A DNA stretch of 64,000 bases from Desulfomicrobium sp. (lineage in GTDB: Bacteria > Desulfobacterota > Desulfovibrionia > Desulfovibrionales > Desulfomicrobiaceae). Position 1 is the stretch's first letter; every line of letters starts with the position of its first letter. The notes under the pieces were generated by a model. That model was not told the origin of the DNA, ran no database searches, and worked only from the letters and a program-made list of their open reading frames with translations. A program made the translations under genes and the position numbers. The stretch spans positions 1,024,001 to 1,088,000 of the forward strand of contig JAXGMI010000001.1 of NCBI GenBank assembly GCA_040768745.1, read 5' to 3'. Below, one piece after another: positions 21,033 to 34,159 of this stretch.

Positions 21033-23368
21033 TGAAGGTACTGAAAATATTTGCGGCCCTTGTGGTGTTGCTGGCCGTGCTGGCCACCGGAGCCGGCTTC
21101 GGTCTGTACTACTGGGCCGAACAGGATCTGCCCGGTTTTACCAAATTGAGCGACTATTCTCCCCATCTGGCCACCACGGTTCGGGCCAGGGATGGACGGG
21201 TTCTGGGATATTTCTACCGCGAGAAGCGGTTTCTGATTCCTTTGTCCATGATGAGTCCGGTCACCATCAAAGCCTTTCTGGCGGCCGAGGACTCAAGTTT
21301 CTACCAGCATGAAGGGGTGGATCTGCCCGGCATTTTCCGGGCTGCGATCAAGAACTTTGTTGCCGGAGGCATTGTCCAGGGGGGGAGCACCATCACCCAG
21401 CAGGTCATCAAATCCATGCTGCTCAGTCCAGAGCGCAGCTATGAGCGCAAGATCAAGGAAATCATCCTGGCCTACCGTCTCGAAAAATATCTGTCCAAGG
21501 ACGAGATCCTGACCATCTACCTCAACCAGATTTTTCTCGGAGCCAAGTCCTATGGTGTGGAGGCGGCGGCCCGGGAGTACTTCGGTCTCAGTGCCTCCCA
21601 GTTGACCACGGCCCAGGCCGCGCTCCTGGCCGGGTTGCCCAAGGCGCCGTCGCGCTACTCCCCCTACGGCAATCCTGAACGGGCCAGGGAGCGCCAGCTC
21701 TACGTCCTCAACCGGTTACTGGAACTCGGCTGGGTCACCAAGGCCGAATTCGAGGCTGCCGTGAATGAGCCGCTGGAATATTCGTCCCAGGAGGACCCGT
21801 CATGGAAGATCGGTCCCTATTATCTGGAGGAGGTGCGGCGCCAGCTGGTTGAACGCTATGGCGAGGACAAGGTCTACACTGGCGGGCTGCAGGTCCGCAC
21901 GACCGTGGACCTTGATCATCAGGCCATTGCCGATCTGGCTCTGCGGGACGGGCTGCGCGAGACGTCCAAACGGCACGGCTGGCAGGGGCCGGTCAGAAGA
22001 GTCGGTCCAGAGGAGCATGCTTCTTTTCTGGCCAGCCAGGACATTCGGGTTCTGAAACCTGGAGACTTCCTGCAGGTTCTGGTCACCAAGGTGGAAAGGG
22101 GAGGGGCGGCGGTCGCTTTCGGCAGGCATACGGGCACCATCCCCGTGTCCACCATGGGGTGGGCCAGGGTCCCCAACCCGAAAAATGCTCCGGAAGAGGT
22201 GGCCCAGATATCCGACGCGCAAAAAGTCCTGCGCCCTGGGGATCTGGTCTGGGCCAGGGTGTCAGAGGTCGGTGGATCGAAGCCCTGGAAGCTGGCCCTG
22301 GAGCAGGAACCCAAGGTTGAAGGGGCTTTGGTGTCCATGGATCCGCGCACCGGAGAGGTCCTGGCCCTCTGCGGGGGATACGATTTCTTCAGAAGTCAGT
22401 TCAACAGAGCAACTCAAGCCCTGCGCCAGCCGGGTTCAGCGTTCAAGCCCATCGTCTATTCGGCGGCCTTGGACAACGGATTCACGCCGGCGAGCATCGT
22501 GCTCGACGCGCCCATTGTCTTTGAGGACGGCAGCGGCAAGACCTGGAAACCAGAAAACTTCGAGGGGATTTTTTACGGTCCGACCCTGTTGCGCACGGCC
22601 CTGGTCAAATCGCGCAACCTGGTGACCATCCGCATTGCCCAGCGCATCGGCATGCAAAAAATCATCGACCGGGGAAAATCCCTGGGTCTGACCGGGATCA
22701 TGGAACCGAATTTGTCCCTGGCTTTGGGTTCGGGCCAGTTCACCCCTCTCAACATGTGTCAGGCCTACACTGCGTTTGCCCGGGGAGGGAGCGTCATCGA
22801 ACCCCGCTTCATCGAGAGCGTCACCTCTCCTTGGGGCGAGCAGCTGTTTACGGGCACCGAGGAAGTCAAAGAGGCCATGAAGCCTGAGACCGCCTACATC
22901 GTCACCAACCTGCTGCAGCAGGTGGTCCAGGAAGGCACTGCCACCAGGGCCAAGGTCCTGAAGCGGCCCGTGGCGGGCAAGACCGGCACGACCAATGACG
23001 AACAGGACGCCTGGTTCATTGGTTTTTCCCCCTATCTTCTGACCGGGGTGTGGGTGGGCTACGATCAGGTCCAGCCCATGGGCAAATACGAAACTGGAGC
23101 GCGGACTGCACTGCCAATCTGGATCGATTACCGGGCGAAAGTTGAGCCGAACTACCCGTCTGAAGATTTCCAGGCCCCTCCCGGCGTCGTCATGGTCAGG
23201 GTGGATGCCCATACAGGGCGATTGGCCGGCCCTGGCTCCGGCGAGGCATACATGTTGCCCTTTGCTAACGGCACCGAACCGGTACAAACAGCCGGGATTG
23301 AAGAACTGGACGCATCTCCCGGCTCATCCAACGCCGGAGGCGAAAGCCTGCTCAAGCAGATCTTCTAG
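21032..23368 (+). CDS. mrcA: Class A penicillin-binding protein (PBP1A)
   Basis: EDxxFxxHxG and GGSTITQQ transglycosylase motifs; SAFK, SRN, KTG transpeptidase motifs. Confidence 0.92.
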   Translation: MKVLKIFAALVVLLAVLATGAGFGLYYWAEQDLPGFTKLSDYSPHLATTVRARDGRVLGYFYREKRFLIPLSMMSPVTIKAFLAAEDSSFYQHEGVDLPGIFRAAIKNFVAGGIVQGGSTITQQVIKSMLLSPERSYERKIKEIILAYRLEKYLSKDEILTIYLNQIFLGAKSYGVEAAAREYFGLSASQLTTAQAALLAGLPKAPSRYSPYGNPERARERQLYVLNRLLELGWVTKAEFEAAVNEPLEYSSQEDPSWKIGPYYLEEVRRQLVERYGEDKVYTGGLQVRTTVDLDHQAIADLALRDGLRETSKRHGWQGPVRRVGPEEHASFLASQDIRVLKPGDFLQVLVTKVERGGAAVAFGRHTGTIPVSTMGWARVPNPKNAPEEVAQISDAQKVLRPGDLVWARVSEVGGSKPWKLALEQEPKVEGALVSMDPRTGEVLALCGGYDFFRSQFNRATQALRQPGSAFKPIVYSAALDNGFTPASIVLDAPIVFEDGSGKTWKPENFEGIFYGPTLLRTALVKSRNLVTIRIAQRIGMQKIIDRGKSLGLTGIMEPNLSLALGSGQFTPLNMCQAYTAFARGGSVIEPRFIESVTSPWGEQLFTGTEEVKEAMKPETAYIVTNLLQQVVQEGTATRAKVLKRPVAGKTGTTNDEQDAWFIGFSPYLLTGVWVGYDQVQPMGKYETGARTALPIWIDYRAKVEPNYPSEDFQAPPGVVMVRVDAHTGRLAGPGSGEAYMLPFANGTEPVQTAGIEELDASPGSSNAGGESLLKQIF

Positions 23369-23429
23369 GCCTCTCCGAGAACCGCGCTCGCAAGGCAGGG
23401 GCATCATCATTCGCGCACATTCAAATATA

Positions 23430-24443
23430 ATGAATATGATTTCGGAAGTTAAAGAAATTCTCCGGCGTTCCACGCGCATCAGCCTGGAACTCTACAAAAT
23501 CATGGTGCCCATCATCATCTGCGTCAAGCTCTTGCAGGAGCTGGGACTCATTTCGTGGTTGGCACTCCCCCTTGCACCGGTCATGAAGCTTGTGGGCCTG
23601 CCTGGTGAGATGGGTCTCGTCTGGGCCACGGCCATGATCAACAACATCTACAGCGGCATGATCGTGTTCGTGTCCCTGGCGGCAGACCACGTTCTGAGCG
23701 TGGCCCAAGTCACGGTGCTCGGAACCATGATCCTCCTGGCCCATGCCCTGCCACTTGAACTCCAGATCGTGCGCCGATCCGGCCCGCGGATCGGGTTCCA
23801 GGCCTTGCTGCGTATCGGCGGGGCCCTGATGCTGGGCTGGCTGCTGTCCCGGATCTATGCCTGGGGCGGGTGGCTGCAGGAACCCAGCGCCCTGCTCTGG
23901 CAACCCAAGGCCGAGAGTGTCAGCCTTCTTCAATGGGGTCTTGGCCAGGTGCAGAATCTGGCCATGATTTTTGTCATCATCCTGATCCTCAACGTGGTCA
24001 TGCGTCTGCTGACGGCCGTGGGCCTGACGGCCTTGTGCGTGCGTCTGCTGGCCCCGTTGCTGAGAATCCTTGGCATCGGCCCGGAGGCCGGGACCCTGAC
24101 CATCGTCGGCATGGTCATGGGCTTGTCCTACGGTGGGGGGCTGATCATGCACGAGGCCCATTCGGGTAAGATTGCCTCCAAGGACATTTTTTCGTCCCTG
24201 AGTCTCATGAGCCTGAGTCATTCGGTTTTCGAGGATACCCTGCTCATGGCTGTGCTCGGAGGCCACACCTCGGGATTGCTGTGGGCGAGGATCTTCTTCA
24301 CCCTGATCGTCATCGCGGCTCTGGTGCGCATCGTCACCTGGCTCGGGGATGGGTTTTTCTACCGCAGGCTTTTCAAGCCGGTGGAGGTGTATGCCCAACC
24401 CCAGCCGTGCTGTCCTGGCGCTGCCGTTCCGGAGAAGAAATAA
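23430..24443 (+). CDS. Membrane protein, nucleoside-recognition (Gate) domain family
   Basis: Multiple TM segments, P.M..VGLP repeat, GLSYGGGL, HSVFEDT. Confidence 0.65.
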   Translation: MNMISEVKEILRRSTRISLELYKIMVPIIICVKLLQELGLISWLALPLAPVMKLVGLPGEMGLVWATAMINNIYSGMIVFVSLAADHVLSVAQVTVLGTMILLAHALPLELQIVRRSGPRIGFQALLRIGGALMLGWLLSRIYAWGGWLQEPSALLWQPKAESVSLLQWGLGQVQNLAMIFVIILILNVVMRLLTAVGLTALCVRLLAPLLRILGIGPEAGTLTIVGMVMGLSYGGGLIMHEAHSGKIASKDIFSSLSLMSLSHSVFEDTLLMAVLGGHTSGLLWARIFFTLIVIAALVRIVTWLGDGFFYRRLFKPVEVYAQPQPCCPGAAVPEKK

Positions 24444-24605
24444 GTCCATTTCGACGCAGCCATGTTTTGTGCCGACCATGCGGGCGACTGACCGGCCGAG
24501 CACATCGGGGGCGATCCTTGGACAGGATGTGCCCACAGGGTGGCCATGTCGTCCCGTGCGTACAGAACCGAACATGAACCACGTCTGCTGACAAGGAACC
24601 CAGCC

Positions 24606-25667
24606 ATGTCCCATCCATCTCGCCTTGACGCCCTCAAAGACCACATGGAGCGGGAGGAAATTCCGGTCCTGCTGGTTCTTCATCCGGCGAACAGATTTTA
24701 CCTGTCTGGTTTTGCGCTGCATGACGGGCAGTGCAACGAGAGTTCAGGCTGTCTGCTCATTCGGACCAGCGGCCCGGATTGGCTGCTGACCGATTCACGC
24801 TTCACCGAGGAGGCGCGCCGCCACTGGCCGGCAGAATTTGTGCATGTGCATGGAATGCCCCGTCTGGAGAAAATTGCCGAGTTCATCACCACTCTGGGTA
24901 TTCGGGATGTGTGGGTCGAAACCCATGCCATGTGCGCGGAAATGTACCTGGAACTGGGCAAGGGTGTGCATCTGCATCCGGCCCCTCGTATGGTTGAGAA
25001 TCTGCGCACGATCAAGGATCCTGACGAACTGGCAGCCATCAGGGCCTCGTGCGCCCTGAACCACAGGGTGTACGAAACGATCAGGCCGCATCTGAAGCCG
25101 GGGGTGACCGAAAAGGACATGGCCTGGATGCTGGAGAGGGAATTCAGGGAGCACGGGGCCGAGGCGCTGAGTTTTCCGCCCATAGTCGGCTTTGGTCCCA
25201 ATGGGGCGCTGCCCCATGCCACACCGGGAGAGGACAGGCTTGCGTCCGACTCACCGGTGCTCATCGATATGGGGGGGCGGCTGCACGGGTATTGTTCGGA
25301 TCAGACCCGGACATGGTGGATTGGCGGTACCCCTACGGATGCCTTTCGCCGCACCCTGGACCTGGTGCAGGAGGCACAGAGACTGGCCATCGCCAGGGTT
25401 GCCCCGGGCGTGTCCACGGACGATCTGCACGCCACGGCCAAGGACTACTTCAGCTGTCACGGCGTGGCCGAGCACTTCACCCATTCTCTGGGCCACGGCA
25501 TCGGTCTGGAAACCCACGAGGCTCCGGGCGTCGGTCCCATCCGGCCGACAATCCTGCAGCCAGGCATGGTCATTACCGTGGAACCCGGGCTCTACTACCC
25601 CGAGTGGGGCGGGGTGCGCTGGGAGCACATGGTCGTGGTGACCGAAAACGGCCATGACGTGCTCTGA
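24606..25667 (+). CDS. Xaa-Pro aminopeptidase (M24 family)
   Basis: DMGG...YCSDQTRT, HSLGHGIGLETHE, TVEPG. Confidence 0.9.
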   Translation: MSHPSRLDALKDHMEREEIPVLLVLHPANRFYLSGFALHDGQCNESSGCLLIRTSGPDWLLTDSRFTEEARRHWPAEFVHVHGMPRLEKIAEFITTLGIRDVWVETHAMCAEMYLELGKGVHLHPAPRMVENLRTIKDPDELAAIRASCALNHRVYETIRPHLKPGVTEKDMAWMLEREFREHGAEALSFPPIVGFGPNGALPHATPGEDRLASDSPVLIDMGGRLHGYCSDQTRTWWIGGTPTDAFRRTLDLVQEAQRLAIARVAPGVSTDDLHATAKDYFSCHGVAEHFTHSLGHGIGLETHEAPGVGPIRPTILQPGMVITVEPGLYYPEWGGVRWEHMVVVTENGHDVL

Positions 25668-25956
25668 GGCTGGGCCCGTTTCCCCTCGCCCAAGGAGGGG
25701 CCGCAGGACAAACGCGTTTCCCGGCCCCCCCGAACTCGCCAGCAAGGTACTGTATGCGGAAATTCCGCGCAGGCAGATCGGCCCCTGCCGTTTTTTGCTC
25801 GAAGGCTACGACAATCTGGCCATCATGAGCGTGGTGGACCGGTATCGGGCAGTGATCAGGCTGCGCTTTCTGTCCGAAGCGGAGCAGACCTTGCGCGGGT
25901 TGCTTGAGGCCCAGGGCGCCAGCATCATCGAACTGCCGAAGAGATCAGAGGGATAG
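25654..25956 (+). CDS. Small DUF4911-like protein (start uncertain)
   Basis: RFLLEGYDNLAIMSVVD motif. Confidence 0.6.
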   Translation: MTCSEAGPVSPRPRRGRRTNAFPGPPELASKVLYAEIPRRQIGPCRFLLEGYDNLAIMSVVDRYRAVIRLRFLSEAEQTLRGLLEAQGASIIELPKRSEG

Positions 25957-26763
25957 CCCGAAAAATCGCCGCGTATTGCCGCCTGCGCGGGCCCAGAACC
26001 CGGCCAGATCCTCGCCCCGCAAGCGGGCGATCTCCCTGGCTGTGAAGCCGAGCAGAGCGGGTTCGTTGGTCTTGCCCCGGTAGGGTTCCGGGGCGAGGTA
26101 GGGTGCGTCAGTCTCGAGCAGAAGCCGGTCTGCCGGGATGAGCCGGACGGCATGGCGCAGGGCCTCGGATTTGGCGTAGGTCACGGTGCCGGGCACAGAC
26201 AGATGCCAGCCACGGACAACGAGCTCTTTCACCCAGTCCGGCCCCAGGCCGAAACAGTGCCAGAGCACGGGCCGGCCGCAGAAGCCCAGTTCGTCAAGTA
26301 TATCCAGACAGTCTTCCTCGGCGTCGCGGCAGTGGATGACCACGCGTTGGTTCAATTCCAGGGCCAGTTCCAGCTGTCGGCGGAACCAAAACTGCTGGGC
26401 GTCGCGCGGGGAGAAGTCGTAGTAGTAGTCCAAGCCGACTTCCCCCACCGCCTTCAGCCGCGCGTCGGCCCCAAAGGCAGCGGCCATGGCCTGCAGATCG
26501 GCCTCGGCCATTGTGCCAGCCTCGTGCGGATGAACGCCGAGCAGAAAAAACACGTCCGGATCGTTTTCAAAGACCTCTCTGGACGAGAGGTAGGCGTCAG
26601 GCCCCAGGAAGACGTTGCCCACAGTGCGCACCCCACAGGCCCTGGCCCGGGCCAGCACCGCCAGGGGGTCCAGGTCACGTCCATCCAGGTGGGCGTGGCT
26701 GTCGGCCCCTACGCAGGCCAGGCCAAGGGATTCCGGCAGTTCCCGCACCTTTTTCCTGCCCAC
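25945..26763 (-). CDS. tatD: TatD-family hydrolase
   Basis: DSHAH, GVHPH, GEVGLD, IHCR, ETDAPY; GTG start at 26763. Confidence 0.9.
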   Translation of the reverse strand: MGRKKVRELPESLGLACVGADSHAHLDGRDLDPLAVLARARACGVRTVGNVFLGPDAYLSSREVFENDPDVFFLLGVHPHEAGTMAEADLQAMAAAFGADARLKAVGEVGLDYYYDFSPRDAQQFWFRRQLELALELNQRVVIHCRDAEEDCLDILDELGFCGRPVLWHCFGLGPDWVKELVVRGWHLSVPGTVTYAKSEALRHAVRLIPADRLLLETDAPYLAPEPYRGKTNEPALLGFTAREIARLRGEDLAGFWARAGGNTRRFFGLSL

Positions 26764-26765
26764 CT

Positions 26766-26963
26766 TCAGACCTCGCGCACGCCCTGGTCCCATCTGGCCA
26801 CAGGTACGGCTTCGTCGATGAGCATGACCGGGATTTCTTCGCGAATGGGGTAGACCACGGCGCAGGCCGTGCATTTGAGCCCCTCTTCCTGGCCCAGAAG
26901 CTCCAGGCTGCCCTTGCATTTGGGACAGGCCAAAATCTGCAGAAGTTCATTGTTCAGCGCCAT
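26766..26963 (-). CDS. Trm112/YcaR-family protein
   Basis: LLQILACPKCKG...YPIREEIPVML; GGAGG RBS. Confidence 0.88.
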   Translation of the reverse strand: MALNNELLQILACPKCKGSLELLGQEEGLKCTACAVVYPIREEIPVMLIDEAVPVARWDQGVREV

Positions 26964-27112
26964 GCTGCCTCCCTGGATGGTTCGTGTTGTCGTCGAAGCC
27001 CGACTTACCCTGATCAAAAACGCCTTACAAGTCGGTAAAGAGCTTCCTGGACCTTGAGTTTTCAAGCCAATCCGTTAAAGCCTTGGCCATGAGGCGCAGC
27101 ACACAATTCCCT

Positions 27113-29208
<2,096 letters not shown>

Positions 29209-29258
29209 TCGGCAATGGCGCACTCCGGTGCGCCTTGTTTTTTGGAGTCGAAGAGAAC

Positions 29259-30110
29259 ATGCTCATTCTTGATGGAAAGATGACGGCCGCCACCATCCGC
29301 GGGGAGTTGCGGGGTCAGGCGGCCGCGCTCAGAGCCCGGCATGGACGGGCCCCCGGTCTAGTGGTCATTCTGGTCGGGGACAATCCGGCCTCCCAGATCT
29401 ATGTCCGCAACAAGGAGCGGGCGTGCGAAGACGTGGGCATCGCTTCCCGCTGCATCCGACTGCCCGCAGACATACCACAGGCCCAGCTGGAGGACACCAT
29501 CCTCATTCTGAACAGGGATCCGGACATCGATGGCATTCTTCTGCAGCTGCCCCTGCCCAAGGGGCTGGACAGTCAAAGATGCCTGGAGTTGATAGACCCA
29601 TCCAAGGACGTGGATGGGTTTCACCCCATGAACATGGGACGTCTGACCTTGGGCCTGCCCTGCCTGCGCTCCTGCACTCCGGCCGGGATCATGAGCCTGC
29701 TGGCCCGCTACGATCTGAACGTGGCCGGCAAGAAAGTCGTGGTCATCGGGCGGAGCAACATTGTGGGCAAGCCCCTGGCCCTTATGCTGCTGCAGAAAAA
29801 TGCCACGGTGACGATCTGTCATTCCAAGACCAACGATCTCAGGAGCGAGGTCAGCGGCGCGGACTTCGTGTTCGCCGCCGTGGGCATCCCCAAGTTCGTG
29901 ACCGCGGACATGGTCAAGCCTGGGGCCGTGGTCATCGACGTGGGCATCAACCGAACGGAACGCGGTCTGGTGGGCGACTGCGACTTTGCCGGCCTGCAGG
30001 GGGTGGCTTCGGCCATGACCCCGGTGCCGGGGGGGGTCGGACCCATGACCATCGCCCAGCTTCTGGTCAACACCCTGGACGCTTACGTGGAGCACGTCTC
30101 GGGCTGTTGA
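29259..30110 (+). CDS. folD: Methylenetetrahydrofolate dehydrogenase/cyclohydrolase
   Basis: [26 protein letters not shown]. Confidence 0.95.
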   Translation: MLILDGKMTAATIRGELRGQAAALRARHGRAPGLVVILVGDNPASQIYVRNKERACEDVGIASRCIRLPADIPQAQLEDTILILNRDPDIDGILLQLPLPKGLDSQRCLELIDPSKDVDGFHPMNMGRLTLGLPCLRSCTPAGIMSLLARYDLNVAGKKVVVIGRSNIVGKPLALMLLQKNATVTICHSKTNDLRSEVSGADFVFAAVGIPKFVTADMVKPGAVVIDVGINRTERGLVGDCDFAGLQGVASAMTPVPGGVGPMTIAQLLVNTLDAYVEHVSGC

Positions 30111-30150
30111 AAGAAGAGTCTGTGCAAGCCCGGATTTCATTTCAAGAGGA

Positions 30151-30185
30151 CAAGCGCAGGGACCGGCTTCCGGCCCCTGCGTTTG
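30151..30185. terminator. Bidirectional terminator hairpin
   Basis: caagcgcagggaccgg / ccggcccctgcgtttg between convergent genes. Confidence 0.55.
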
Positions 30186-30211
30186 GTTGCCAGCTGCATT
30201 TTGCTGCCGGG

Positions 30212-31027
30212 CTATTCCATGATCACTCCCGCATAGCCTACCACCCTCGAGAGGTCCCCGTTCACATCCCCGGATGTCGCATAGGCCACCAGTTCCGCGC
30301 TCTTGGCTCCCATGATGTTGGCTAGGTGCATGCCCAGGGTCATGGGCAGAACCCCGCACATGGAAATGCCCTTTTCGCGGACCACACCGTAAAAGCCCAT
30401 GGGATCCAGAGCCAGGACACGCTCCAGGGCCAGCTTGTCAATTTCGCGGGTTTTGGCGTCGGAAGCGAAATGGTTCATGTCCGAGCTGACGATGACCGAA
30501 ACCTGCCGGCCGAGGCCGTTCAGGACTTCCGCGATCTTGGCTGCGGCCCCGCCGAGTTTGTGGGGCCGGGGGTCGCCCACGGCGACCGGCACGATGCGCA
30601 TGGCGGGGTTGAGGGCCCACAGAAATGGCATAACCACCTCCAGTGAATGCTCCTGCAGGTGCGCAACATAGTCGGCGGTCAAGGCCGGCTCGGCCTCCAG
30701 GATGGCCTTGGCCAGTCCCTCGTCCACGGCCAGGGATGCCCCAGGCAGATGCCAACGCCCGTCAGGCCAGACGGCCAGGGGCGCGCCCATGCCGGTATGG
30801 TTCGGGCCGAGGAGGAGCACTGTGTCGGTCAGGTGGGCCTGGGCCAGGGTTTGCCCGGCGACCCCACCGGAAAACACATGACCTGCATGAGGGACCATGA
30901 CCAGCTTGGTCAGCTTCTCCCGCCGCGTGGCTCCATGCATGCAGGCCCTGGCAGTGGCCAGCCACTGGTCATGACGGCCTGCATAAAATTGGCCCGCCAC
31001 AATAGGATCTCTGTCACGACTCATCAC
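30212..31027 (-). CDS. MEMO1-family protein (AmmeMemoRadiSam protein B)
   Basis: VAGQFY, PHAGH, GPNH, EHSLEV, SSDMNH, MCG, VVGYA. Confidence 0.9.
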   Translation of the reverse strand: MMSRDRDPIVAGQFYAGRHDQWLATARACMHGATRREKLTKLVMVPHAGHVFSGGVAGQTLAQAHLTDTVLLLGPNHTGMGAPLAVWPDGRWHLPGASLAVDEGLAKAILEAEPALTADYVAHLQEHSLEVVMPFLWALNPAMRIVPVAVGDPRPHKLGGAAAKIAEVLNGLGRQVSVIVSSDMNHFASDAKTREIDKLALERVLALDPMGFYGVVREKGISMCGVLPMTLGMHLANIMGAKSAELVAYATSGDVNGDLSRVVGYAGVIME

Positions 31028-31033
31028 GTCCTC

Positions 31034-34000
31034 CTAACGCATCCCTTCGGCTTCCTGTTCGAGCCGCACTGCCTCCAGCTCTGATGAGGCCATGCGGCTG
31101 TACAGGGAATCCGGGAAGAGCTGCCTGATGGCATGCAAGCTGGCCCGCCATTGGGCCATATTGCTGTTTTTTTTGAACAGGATTGCCTTCCGGTAGGCGT
31201 GGGCCGGCCATTCTGGGTCAGTTTCAGGGATGTACCCGTCGTACTCCAGGCTCCAGCCCAAGGCATCCTGATGACGCCCGCTCTTGTCCGCGGCCTGGAT
31301 CAGGAGTTCCAGGCAATCCTTGATCTTCGGAATATCGGTATTGTCTTTTTTCAGCAGATTCAAGGCTTCCTGGGCCACGATGTTGGCCTGTTCGAGGTCC
31401 CCGCCGGCCATGGATCCCTTGGCCAGAAAGTAGAGGGCGTAGCCCCGCTGGCCGTCGTTCAGATCCATGTTCGTGCCCAACCGGGTCCACAGGGGCCTGG
31501 CCTGAGCATGCTTTTCCAGATTCTCCAGGGCCAGGGCCTGGGCGTAGTCGATTTGCCGCTGCCGATCGGGGCTCAGCTTCCACGGGCCCGTCTTTTCCGC
31601 CAGTTCCAGGATGTCAGCCCACCGGCCGTGGTCGGTCAGGACTGCCAGGAGCAGGTCCAGGGCTGGCTCCGCATATCGACCTGGAGAGAGGCCTCCAAAG
31701 ACCAAGGGTTTGGCCATATCCAACGCCTGCGTGGTCTCCCCGGTCTGCATCAAGGCCACGGCAGTGGCCAGCCGGATACGTGGATCCATATCCCGGCCTT
31801 CAAAAAGGCGGCCATGGCTGTCCCAGTTTTGGACGACACCCTGGAAATCGCCGTTGGCCAAGTCGCGCTCGATCCAGTCCCCCAGGGCCTTGTCCGCCAC
31901 TTCCCTGGCCTTGGGCATGAGCTCGTGGCCGGGATAGTCGGCCTCGAACTGGCGGATGTCCTCCAGGCATTCGGCAAATCTGGATTTCCACATCCGCCAC
32001 ATGGCCAATTTGAGCCGCGCGACAGGGGCCAGGGGGCTGTCAGGATGTTCCAGGATGCGGGTGTAGATTTTTTCGGGGTCGCTCATGATGCGGCCGAAAA
32101 CGGGACCCATGGCCTCCACCGAAGGCTGGTCCAGGATGCCTTCCTCGGCCAGACGCATTTGGGCGATGAGTCCCCCTTCAGAATCCGGAAACGCATTGGC
32201 TGCCCTGTTGTATATTTCCCGGGCCGCGTCGAGTTTTCCGGTTCTGACCAGGATGTCGCCGATGCGGGCCAGGGCCAGGTCCACATCTCCCGCCTTGGGC
32301 ACGATGTTGATGTAGGCCCAGAAATAATCCCTGGCCTGATCCAGCTGGCCGCCCATCATGGCCGCGTGACCGGCGGTCATGAGAAAGGTCGGGTCCGCGA
32401 GATAGTACCGGGGCCAGCGCTTTTCGATCTTGCCGACAATCTCCAGGGCCTTGTCAAAGAATCCGAGTTCCGAAAAAGCCTTCAGCAAACCGAGGGTGCT
32501 GGGCTGCACGGCCTTGCTGCCTGGGAAGTTCTGCAGCACATACTGAAAATGTTCCACTGCCTTGATGAAGTTGCCGCGCCGCAGGGCGTGCTCCCCCCAG
32601 TAGTAGTCGATGAGGGGGACCCGCGGATGATCGGGGAATTTGCGGCGCAGGAGGTCGAAATATCCCTTGGCCTCGGGCAGGTTGCCCACGGAAAGATGCA
32701 GATAGCCGATACTGGCCAGGGCCTCGGGCACGTTGCGCGAATGGAGGTTCGCGTTTTTCGCGGTTTCGTACGCGCTGAGGATGGTTGTGAAATTTCCCTC
32801 CAGATCCCCCTGCCCCTGCTGCATGGTGATGTCGGCCAGGGTGTAGAGCAGGGTTTCGCGCAGGGAATCCGGTAAATTGGGGCGGCCGAGCATGGCTGTG
32901 ACGATCTGGCGTCCCCTTGTCATGTTGCCGTCGGACAGGGCGGTCTGTGCTTCCTTGAACAGGGCTTCGAGCTCGGCAGTTGCGTTGACGGCTGTGGGGG
33001 GCGCCGGGTTGTCCAGCGTACTTGCATGGTCCGATGCTGTCTCGTTGCCTGGAGCCGGCATGGAGGAGTGGTTGTCCGGGAGAGGGAACGGGGTTGGCGT
33101 GTCAGGCGGCCCTGGGGCCGGCGACTGTTCCGGAGCAGGCTCAGGCGTGCCATTGCTGACATTGATGGACCATTGAGCCTGGGACGGGGGGGGATTGTCG
33201 GCCTCGGAGCTCTCCTGTCCAGGTCCCCTTGGCAATTCCAATGCGGGAGGAATCCCCCCCAGGTGGGAAACGGACTGGCGGATGGTAGAGCCCCCGGCTC
33301 TCCCGGGTTGGGCGTTGGTCTGGATTTCCTTCGGTGTCGGGGCCGTCAGGCGATCGCCAGCCTCCTGAACAGGAGGGGAGATTTTGCCGCGCAGCGCCCC
33401 CAGCCCAGAGATGAAGTCCGGCTCCCTGACTGACGGCAAGGCTGCATCTGGGGCCGGTGGGGCTTGCGCCGCCGCAGCCGGAGACTCCGGAGCGCCGTGT
33501 TCGGCAGGAGGCTCCAGGGCGAGGCCGGGAGTCCCGGGAAGAGAGGCTGCCGTGTTGTCGGGGGGCGGTATGTGGAGGGTGGCGTTGAGGGCGTCAGGGG
33601 CGGACAGGGCCCTGGAATCCACTGTGGGCTCGACGGGTTGCGAAGTCGTGTCCGTGGCCAAAGAACCCTCGGCTGTGCCGTTTTTGACCAGGGGGTCTGT
33701 CTGATTGTGCCTGGGAATGGCGTCTGCCTCGCGGTGGGTCTTTGCGGACGGACCGATTTCCAGGACCAGTTTTTTCTCCTTCTTGATGATCGAAGAGCGA
33801 TGGGCAAAGTCAGGTGTGCGGATTTTGACGACAATGCCTTCCTGCGTGACGGTCACGTTGTCCACGAATACCGATGCGGAGAAATCCGGAGGGCGCGGCT
33901 TGCGCTCCTTTTGCCAGAAACTCCATGGAATGGGAACAAGGATCCGGGTCTGCCCATGCCGTTTGGGGGCATTGGACGGCAGACGGCTGTCAAAGGTGAA

Positions 34001-34129
34001 GACCAGTTGTTCCTCTTCGGGATGCTGTTGCCATGTCAGGGCAGCGCCGAAAGCGGCAGGAGCTGGGAAGAGGCCCAGGATGGCCAGGACAAGAAGCCAG
34101 GTCAGACTGGCGGGGGGATGGGCGTGCAC
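31034..34129 (-). CDS. Large secreted tetratricopeptide-repeat protein with Pro-rich linker
   Basis: Signal peptide, long Pro/Ala-rich region, many TPR-like helical repeats. Confidence 0.75.
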   Translation of the reverse strand: MHAHPPASLTWLLVLAILGLFPAPAAFGAALTWQQHPEEEQLVFTFDSRLPSNAPKRHGQTRILVPIPWSFWQKERKPRPPDFSASVFVDNVTVTQEGIVVKIRTPDFAHRSSIIKKEKKLVLEIGPSAKTHREADAIPRHNQTDPLVKNGTAEGSLATDTTSQPVEPTVDSRALSAPDALNATLHIPPPDNTAASLPGTPGLALEPPAEHGAPESPAAAAQAPPAPDAALPSVREPDFISGLGALRGKISPPVQEAGDRLTAPTPKEIQTNAQPGRAGGSTIRQSVSHLGGIPPALELPRGPGQESSEADNPPPSQAQWSINVSNGTPEPAPEQSPAPGPPDTPTPFPLPDNHSSMPAPGNETASDHASTLDNPAPPTAVNATAELEALFKEAQTALSDGNMTRGRQIVTAMLGRPNLPDSLRETLLYTLADITMQQGQGDLEGNFTTILSAYETAKNANLHSRNVPEALASIGYLHLSVGNLPEAKGYFDLLRRKFPDHPRVPLIDYYWGEHALRRGNFIKAVEHFQYVLQNFPGSKAVQPSTLGLLKAFSELGFFDKALEIVGKIEKRWPRYYLADPTFLMTAGHAAMMGGQLDQARDYFWAYINIVPKAGDVDLALARIGDILVRTGKLDAAREIYNRAANAFPDSEGGLIAQMRLAEEGILDQPSVEAMGPVFGRIMSDPEKIYTRILEHPDSPLAPVARLKLAMWRMWKSRFAECLEDIRQFEADYPGHELMPKAREVADKALGDWIERDLANGDFQGVVQNWDSHGRLFEGRDMDPRIRLATAVALMQTGETTQALDMAKPLVFGGLSPGRYAEPALDLLLAVLTDHGRWADILELAEKTGPWKLSPDRQRQIDYAQALALENLEKHAQARPLWTRLGTNMDLNDGQRGYALYFLAKGSMAGGDLEQANIVAQEALNLLKKDNTDIPKIKDCLELLIQAADKSGRHQDALGWSLEYDGYIPETDPEWPAHAYRKAILFKKNSNMAQWRASLHAIRQLFPDSLYSRMASSELEAVRLEQEAEGMR

Positions 34130-34159
34130 GCGATGTTGCTAGCAAGATCCGGGCAAAAA

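Noticed and set aside
34139..34156. Sigma54-like element (TTGCCCGGATCTTGCT) upstream of the TPR gene
   Set aside because: It lacks the invariant GG and lies too close to the predicted start codon.
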